From NCBI RefSeq assembly GCF_001194135.2, contig NC_068985.1:52258583-52316931 (forward strand): 58,349 bases of DNA, written 5' to 3'. This DNA comes from Octopus bimaculoides (Eukaryota). Shown one piece after another: positions 50,433 through 58,349 of this stretch. Below the pieces are notes generated by a model. The model searched no databases. It was not told the origin of the DNA and saw only the letters and a program-made list of their open reading frames with translations. Every line of letters starts with the position of its first letter. Positions within the stretch are counted from its first letter, which is position 1. The translations under genes were made by a program, and so were the position numbers.

Positions 50433-51591
50433 GGCTATATCCTAATTCGATACGGTGCAGGTGTCGTTATATGGACAATGAATGAGCTTGAGAAAATGGA
50501 TAGAAAAACTAGGAAAGTGATGACAATTAATAAGGAACTGTTCCCAGAAAGCGATATTGATAGACTAGATGCGCCTAGGAACAGGGAAGAAAGAGGCCTT
50601 ATAGGATATAAGATCTGTATTGCCAACGAGAAGAACTGTCTGAGATGATACATCAAACAGCTTATCGCTGTTAGAAATAATAAAAAGATACGTACCGAAA
50701 ATTTGACGCGCCCAAGATGAAACAAGATGAACAAAGAATAAACTATTGGAAAATAAAAACAATGCATGAGAAATACCTCGGAGAAGTCGAAGGGAAAGAA
50801 AAGACTAACTCCTGGAGATGGCTGAGTTAATGTGATCTGAAAGGATGCACTGAAGCACTGATATGCAGCACCCAGGAACAAGCAATGAGAACTAATTACG
50901 CCAAGTTCCAAATAAATAAGAGCAGCAAATCGCCCTTTGTAAGGTATGTAGCAGGAAAAAACAACAAAATCTCACATATTGTGAGTGATTGTAGCAAGCT
51001 TGCCCAAAACACTACAAAAGAGGCACGATGATGTAGTTAAGTCTATTCACGGGAGACTGTGTGGAAAGTGCGGTCACAGAAATGGTACAAACATGAACCA
51101 GAGGGCATCATTGGGAACAATGAGTATAAGATATTGTGGTGTTTTACAATCCAGTGTGATTTCCTAATCGATGCTCGGAGACTAGACATTGTTGTGGTGG
51201 ATAAAAGTAAAAAGGAAACCAAAATCATAATATTGTCATACCTAGAGATGCATGCGTAGATGACAAAGAACTAGAAAAGGTGGAGAAAAAGACGAAATTG
51301 CAAGAATGTGGGCAATGAGGAGAGTAACTGTTATCCTAGTAGTTGCAGGGACGCTTGCAGCACTAACAACCAGGTTCGAGAAATACTGGAATTGACATGA
51401 GGGCAGAGCAGGCCTCCAAAACTGTTCTACTGGGGACAGCTACGATTTGAGACTGGTGCTTGGGTGTTGCGTATTTTCCACGATACTAAAGCAAACTTCC
51501 AGGTACCAAAGCTTATGAGAGAGACCTGTTCGCTCTCACAAAATCAACCAGAGCAAGTAAGACAGAGCCTGAAGAAGTCAAATAATAATAA
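50431..51591 (+). mobile_element. 5'-truncated Dong/R4-clade LINE: RT C-terminus, CCHC finger, REL endonuclease
   Basis: RYGAGVVIWT..ELEKMDRKTRK, DIDRL, TEALICSTQEQA, CKVC..HIVSDC, RHDDV, ILWCFTIQCD...RRLDIVVVDK, KTVLLGTA; (TAA)n at both ends. Confidence 0.92.
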
Positions 51592-51794
51592 CCCTTTCTA
51601 CTAAAGGCACAAGGCCTGAGATTTTGGGGGAGGAGACTAGTTGATTACATCGATCTTAATGTTTCACTGGTATTTAATTTATCGACCTCTAAACGATGAA
51701 AAGCAAAGTCAAACTTGGCGGAACTTGAACTCGCTGAGCATTTTGCCTCGCGTACTAGTGATTCTGCAAGCTCGTCGCCTTAGTAGTAGTAGTG

Positions 51795-51845
<51 letters not shown>

Positions 51846-52040
51846 TAGAAATCGTTACTACTATAGGCACAAGGCCTGAAATTTGTGGGGAGGGGACTAG
51901 ACGATTACATCGATTCCAGTGTTGCACTGGTACATAATTTATCGAGTCCGAAAGGATGAAAGGCAAAGTCAAACTCGGCGGAACTTAGAACGTGAAGACA
52001 GGAAAAAATGTCGCCGAGCATTTTGCCCCGCGTGCTAACG
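51592..52040 (-). mobile_element. Two tandem family B SINEs separated by (TAG)n (51781-51845)
   Basis: Both carry the core and tail; a further (TAG)n follows at 52085-52130. Confidence 0.85.
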
Positions 52041-52083
52041 ATTCTGCCAGCTTGCCGCCTTAGACGTAGTAGATGTAGTGGAT

Positions 52084-52131
<48 letters not shown>

Positions 52132-52698
52132 TGACAAAATGAATGTGAATGCTGGAAAAAAATCCCACAGAAAAATACATTTTTCTTGGCGACATAACAA
52201 CTTTCTTAAATTAGAATCGCAATATTTTTTCATCAAACAAGATTGTTTGAAAAGTTAATGGCGCGAATCTGACAGTTTAAAGAAATTGCTTAAGAGAAAA
52301 GGAAGCAAAAGCGAAAAAAAGACAATACAAAACAAAGAATGAGCGATAGTAGAGCCAAAAAATAGTATTTTACAATTCTTTTAAAATAATTCACTTTCAC
52401 GATTTTTCTTTTATACGTTGCAGCTCTTTATTTGTATTTCATCCTCTTTTTCATTTACACGAAAGTTAGGTAGGTTTACGAATGTGTGCATGAATAGTTT
52501 AAGTGTATATGCATCCATATACACATGAACACACTCACACTACGCACACGCACACATAGAAAAGTGAATGCAGAAATACATATCTAAGTACGCACACGCA
52601 CTCAAAAACGCACGCATATATAGTTTTAGACATTTTCTTCGTATATGTATGTATTATGTATATGCATTATTATGAACGTATGTTTGAATGTGGGCACA

Positions 52699-52743
<45 letters not shown>

Positions 52744-52838
52744 ACACATGTATGGATACTTGTATGTTTCTTTGTAGATACATATATATTGTATATCCAC
52801 ACACGGAAGTTATGAATGTCTACTACGTAATAATATGG

Positions 52839-52892
<54 letters not shown>

Positions 52893-53773
52893 NNNNNNNN
52901 NNNNNNNNNNNNNNNNNNNNNNNNNNNNNNNNNNNNNNNNNNNNNNNNNNNNNNNNNNNNNNNNNNNNNNNNNNNNNNNNNNNNNNNNNNNNNNNNNNNN
53001 NNNNNNNNNNNNNNNNNNNNNNNNNNNNNNNNNNNNNNNNNNNNNNNNNNNNNNNNNNNNNNNNNNNNNNNNNNNNNNNNNNNNNNNNNNNNNNNNNNNN
53101 NNNNNNNNNNNNNNNNNNNNNNNNNNNNNNNNNNNNNNNNNNNNNNNNNNNNNNNNNNNNNNNNNNNNNNNNNNNNNNNNNNNNNNNNNNNNNNNNNNNN
53201 NNNNNNNNNNNNNNNNNNNNNNNNNNNNNNNNNNNNNNNNNNNNNNNNNNNNNNNNNNNNNNNNNNNNNNNNNNNNNNNNNNNNNNNNNNNNNNNNNNNN
53301 NNNNNNNNNNNNNNNNNNNNNNNNNNNNNNNNNNNNNNNNNNNNNNNNNNNNNNNNNNNNNNNNNNNNNNNNNNNNNNNNNNNNNNNNNNNNNNNNNNNN
53401 NNNNNNNNNNNNNNNNNNNNNNNNNNNNNNNNNNNNNNNNNNNNNNNNNNNNNNNNNNNNNNNNNNNNNNNNNNNNNNNNNNNNNNNNNNNNNNNNNNNN
53501 NNNNNNNNNNNNNNNNNNNNNNNNNNNNNNNNNNNNNNNNNNNNNNNNNNNNNNNNNNNNNNNNNNNNNNNNNNNNNNNNNNNNNNNNNNNNNNNNNNNN
53601 NNNNNNNNNNNNNNNNNNNNNNNNNNNNNNNNNNNNNNNNNNNNNNNNNNNNNNNNNCCTTGCACCAGTCGTGGGCAAATTGCGGCCCGCATGATTTTTT
53701 GAATGGCATGCCGGATGAAAATTTCCTTAAATTTACTTTTTGATTGTCCAGCCTGCCATAAGGTAGGATGGAC

Positions 53774-54004
53774 TTTTTAACGGTTGACTCCATCTTCTTT
53801 GCTACTGATTATAGTTTATAAATTATCTGTTTGCATAATGTCCTGACCTTACTGAAGAAGGACATTAGTCCGAAATGTCAGTGCATTTTCACTTACCACA
53901 GAAACTAATCTTATTGATACCTACAAACTTTCTTGGAATTTATAAATTATTACCGACTTTGGCGGCTTATCCATTTTCTAACACTTCAGTTCCTCTCTCC
54001 AAAC
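53774..54004 (+). repeat. ~230-bp dispersed repeat, copy 2, containing a minimal hammerhead-like motif (53843-53881)
   Basis: CTGAAGA-A-GGAC-atta-GTCC-GAAA-TGTC; homologous to 48163-48393. Confidence 0.85.
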
Positions 54005-54184
54005 CGAGCTATTTTTAATGCAGCCTGATTCTTGATAAAGTTTTCCAATGCTTGCCGTATACCCTACAAGCTATCACTCGGCCTGCTAGAAATGTCAGCC
54101 AAATAACCCTGAAACTACAACCTGTTCTGTCATAAAATAGAGATAAAGTATAATGTTGGATTGTATAATATATTACTGTACGGA

Positions 54185-54500
54185 TGGGGACTCTGCCGGT
54201 TACGACGACGTGTGTACCAGTTTATTCGACGAACGGAACAGTTTGTTACTGAAACTTACTTGCAAATGGTTGGACACGCGGTAGACAGGTTTACCCTTAA
54301 CGTGATTCTCAGGAAGATGCAGCGTGAAACACCGAATGTGGTAAGGTTGGCCCATTGAACTACATGTAGAACACATTTTTGCAAACTGAGTGAAATAAGA
54401 ATGTCTTGCTCAAGGACATAACGTGCCGTCGGGAATCGAACTCACGACTTTAAGATTGTGAACCAAAATACACTAACTATTAAACCACACACCTTCACAA
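54185..54500 (-). mobile_element. Hybrid SINE (A head plus D tail), diverged second copy
   Basis: GAGTTCGATTCCC, CCTTGAGCAAGACA, tail CTGTTCCGTT...GTCGTCGTAACCGG. Confidence 0.75.
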
Positions 54501-54724
54501 TATTGCTCTCTATATATATATTATCTGGAAAAAGAAAGTCAGTTTGTGTCAGATTAGTCACAACTGGAGTGTCATTCGTGTTCATAAGACCTAAAAAAAC
54601 ATCAGCCACGTAATTCCTGCTACGTATTCAAGTTTCTGTTCTTTTTTAAAATTCATTTCAATATCTTCATAGGTCCTGATACTCTCTAATATTAATATTC
54701 CAGTTTAAAAGCTCATTTCGATAT

Positions 54725-54892
54725 ATAGGCACAGGCATGGCTCTGTGACCATAAAGACAGCTTTGCAATTACATGGTTTTGTGTCAGTCCCACTGCGTTG
54801 CGTCTTTAGCAAGTATCTTCTACTGTAGCTACAGGCTAGCCAATACTTTTCAGTGAATTTGGTAAAAGCAGAAACTGCGTGGAATTCCGGTG
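54725..54892 (+). mobile_element. SINE family C 5' half ending in a (TACA)/(CA) tract
   Basis: GGCATGGCTCTGTG head, TCAGTCCCACTGCG. Confidence 0.7.
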
Positions 54893-54911
54893 TACATACA
54901 TACATACATAC

Positions 54912-55018
<107 letters not shown>

Positions 55019-55163
55019 AGAGTGTATAAAGATTTATACACGGAGAGAAGACCATTGATAGGACTTCTTAGATGCTAAAAGGGGCAGTTAAACTCAAACC
55101 ACGAAAAAATGCAATTCTTAAGTCACGCTGCTAATAGGTACTAGAGTGCATAAAAAATTAGTT

Positions 55164-55234
55164 AACCCTGTACTCTAGTTTCGCTATTAATGACCAAATA
55201 AATTAACTTGGTATCTGTAGCTCGTCAGTAGGAT
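55164..55234 (-). ncRNA. Type I hammerhead ribozyme with complete catalytic core
   Basis: ATCCTA-CTGACGA-GCTA..ACCAA/TTGGT..TAGC-GAAA-CT(AG)AG-TA-CAGGGT: G10.1-C11.1 pair, GUA triplet; only a C1.1.A2.1 mismatch in stem I. Confidence 0.75.
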
Positions 55235-55924
55235 CGCTAAAGAATGCATAATTATGTAGCAGTAATATATACTGAAAACACGAAGTAAACACATGCGCAA
55301 GACAGCTCATGATTGTACATAATGAATTCAAACTTCGTGCGCGAGCGTAGTCAGAACAGCACAGCAGTAAATGAATTTAAGATGCGTACTATATGGCCTA
55401 AGAATTAGAAAATTTTACTGCATACGTATAAGAGTAAAAATTAAAATAGTTTATTACCAGTGGTTCGCATGCTTAATAAACATCATAAGACAACATATTT
55501 TATATTAGAGTAAATGTAGGGAATTGACTATTTAGAATCCAGACTTCATATGTTTCATTGCTAGCAGAACGTTGGAAGTAGTAAGTACGCAAACGAGGGG
55601 TGCTCCGCTAGCTACTCATCAGGCCAAAGACACCTTAGTCAAATGAAGGTTACATAGTCGTTAGGGGATCCCATGTTACCTCGCAGGATACTTGATCGAA
55701 AAATTTTGGGTAATTACTACTTCGGAATTTCTGCTAGCTCTGAAATATATGTAGCCTGGATTTTCTCAATTCCATTCCCTAAATTTGGATTTTTATTTGC
55801 ATACACAGCAGCACAGCAACCCCATGTATACCGACTGCTTGAAGCTTACTAACTTCCTACACCTTGATCCTTGGATCTTACTTTTATGCACACGCACACG
55901 CACACACACACACACACACACACG

Positions 55925-56150
55925 TGTGTGTGTTTGCATGGTTGTATGTTTGTACCATCGCTTGATAAGGAATGCTGGTTTGATCACGTCCCCATAACTT
56001 AGTAGTTTGTCAAAAGGGACCTACAAAATAAGTACCTGACTTGAGAAAACTATGCACTGGGACCGATTTGTTCGACTAAACCCTCCAAAGTGATAACTCA
56101 GCATGGCCGTAGTCCAATGATTGAAACGAGTAATAGATAACAAAAAGACA
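55925..56150 (+). mobile_element. SINE family C 3' half
   Basis: CCATCGCTTGA...CGACTAAACCCT...CAGCATGGCCGTAGTCCAATG. Confidence 0.75.
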
Positions 56151-57072
56151 TCTGCAGAAACTAAGACTCACGAAAGATTCTAGTTCACATTAAACTAATA
56201 AAAATTTCAGAGCGAAAAGAGATTTCAATCATGTTTTAAACGACAAACTTGGAACCACTTTGATCGCTGCAATATCTCGAAAGGAAGCCTTCTAGAGGTG
56301 TTTGTAGTGTTAATTATGACAAAGTAATGAGGAAGCCTCAAGGAGGTTGTTCGATCTGCGAGAAATACAAACAAATTTCTTTTAATTAAACCTCATAAAA
56401 AAAGTAAAAGATCTTATATAATGTTGTCTAAGATATTGCTAAAAGACTGGTTTGTCATGGATTGAATACCTTTGATAATAAAGTTGCACGTTAAAAGTTG
56501 GTCTGAAGCCAACAAAAGCAAGATTATCAATGATACTGGTTCCGTTATATAATAAACCGAAAAAAAAAATGTTTTTTTTTTTATTCTCAGGAGAATCAGT
56601 GGTGGTGTCAATGTAGTTTCTGTTTATTGAGTCCAATTGGATTAGGAAATGGAAATGTATTCAGGGTTTTGTCAAGGACGCTGATTCCCCGGCTATAAAT
56701 GGAAATCAAAACAAGAACTCCGATTGGACTTGTGTCATGTTGCATCCATCCCCACGACAACAATATTAAAGATATAAACAGTATCACCAACTGAAAAGAG
56801 AGAGCGACCACAAGATAAATTACTGCAGTAGTTACTACGTTGAAAGACATGATACTGTTGAAAAGCATGATGCTGTAGATATTCGCCTCGTTCCAGTATA
56901 CATTGTATTAATGAAGAGAGTTTCTCTCAGACAAAAACCGCAGCACCATACCTTTCTGGTGTCTCCGCTCAATTTTGGTCTAACTCAAAATAACTCCAAA
57001 ATATATGAAATATGAACATATTCAAAGATAATTAATCCTCATATGAATGAGTTTTAAAGAGAGAGAGAGAGG

Positions 57073-57147
<75 letters not shown>

Positions 57148-57501
57148 GTGGGGGAAAAATCTCGTTCGGTAATCGGAAGCTATATATAATTCGACTGCAT
57201 ATTGAACCAAAATTCTTTCAAGGTACATGGTTCAATTGAACTGTCTTTGGCTACTTCTGTCATCCTCCTATCAGTATAGAACTCAAGACAGTCATTAACT
57301 TAACACAGTCACCGTAAAAACATTGTACTAAAGATATTTATTGCAAAAGATATTTAAAGATATTTATTGCCAAAAACTCAAAAGAGGATACTGCGGTACT
57401 AGAGTTCAAAATACCAAATTTGGAACAATTTCCATACAATGGTTAGAAGCAATATTTCAGAATAGCAATGAAGCAACGAAGTATATATTACGTAACATTT
57501 G

Positions 57502-57545
<44 letters not shown>

Positions 57546-57595
57546 GTATTTATGTCTCTCAGTATGTATGCTTATATATATGCATCTATGTATAC

Positions 57596-57652
<57 letters not shown>

Positions 57653-58349
57653 TGTATCTCTAAATATATATACACATATATCTACAAATATATATATAGA
57701 TATATCTTTATATTTATATACATATATGGATATATATATATATGTACACACTTATACACACAGGCACACACACACATACTCATCATATCATCATACATAC
57801 ACACATGGTTGTGAGTATTGGTCATCGGTTTGTGAAAGAGAGAAAAAAGGTAGAGAAAGAGAGAGAGAGAGAGGGAGTGAGAAAGAGAGAGAGAGAGAGA
57901 GATAGAGAGAGAGACGGGGGAGATAGGGAGAAAGGGGAGAGACAGAATGAATTGTGTAATATTTTATTCGAGTGAGACAACCATTACCACGCCAAGTCTG
58001 TCTGTGAAAAAATTGTTCATGGGTATGTATGTGTGTATATGTCTATATGTGAGTATATATATATATGTGTGTGTGTGTGTATATGTATATGTGTGGGTGT
58101 ATGTGTCACTGTTGGTTAGTGTATGCGTTTGACTGTGTGTGTCTCTGTGCGCCAAAGTGTGAATTACGCAACATTTTTTTTCAGACTCTGTTCGTGCAAT
58201 ACTAACTTGACTCAAAGAACCAGAAGCACTCAGATGGACGTATTAAGCTTCAGGTTGTCGAATAGAAAAATTTCAGCTTGAATTTACTAAAAACATTGAG
58301 ACGTTATTGATCTGTCCACTTGGTTTATTCTATTATGTCGATATATATA

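Noticed and set aside
991-53793. Long ORFs in the supplied track made of X, HT, CV, YI or MYVC repeats
   Set aside because: Artefacts of N gaps and di-/tetranucleotide microsatellites
57330-57372. AAAGATATTTATTGC local duplication (similar short duplications at 32040, 34265 and 39520)
   Set aside because: Ordinary slippage duplications

Overview
Repeat-rich eukaryotic draft scaffold with about 9 kb (~15%) of N gaps, most abutting microsatellites. The SINE/LINE/microsatellite content looks like an octopod cephalopod genome (inference, no search run). I found no confident host gene. Most ORFs in the supplied track are microsatellite or gap artefacts. Recognisable content: dozens of tRNA-derived SINE copies from about four modular families (labelled A-D here for convenience), decayed Tc1/mariner and hAT elements, an RTE 3' fragment, three Penelope-like (PLE) coding fragments, and 5'-truncated R4/Dong-type restriction-endonuclease LINEs sitting in (TACA)n or (TAA)n tracts. 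Main unannotated signal: several type I hammerhead-ribozyme-like motifs (CTGANGA-stem II-GAAA-palindromic stem III-NUH). One is a full-core copy (55164-55234, minus), one follows a PLE GIY-YIG ORF, and others lie in short non-coding elements that share a 3' tail and occur as inverted duplications (PLE pseudo-LTR or retrozyme-like). Also present: a stacked array of (TACA)n-associated LINE ends, an unassigned GC-rich 130-aa ORF and a candidate 48-nt exon.
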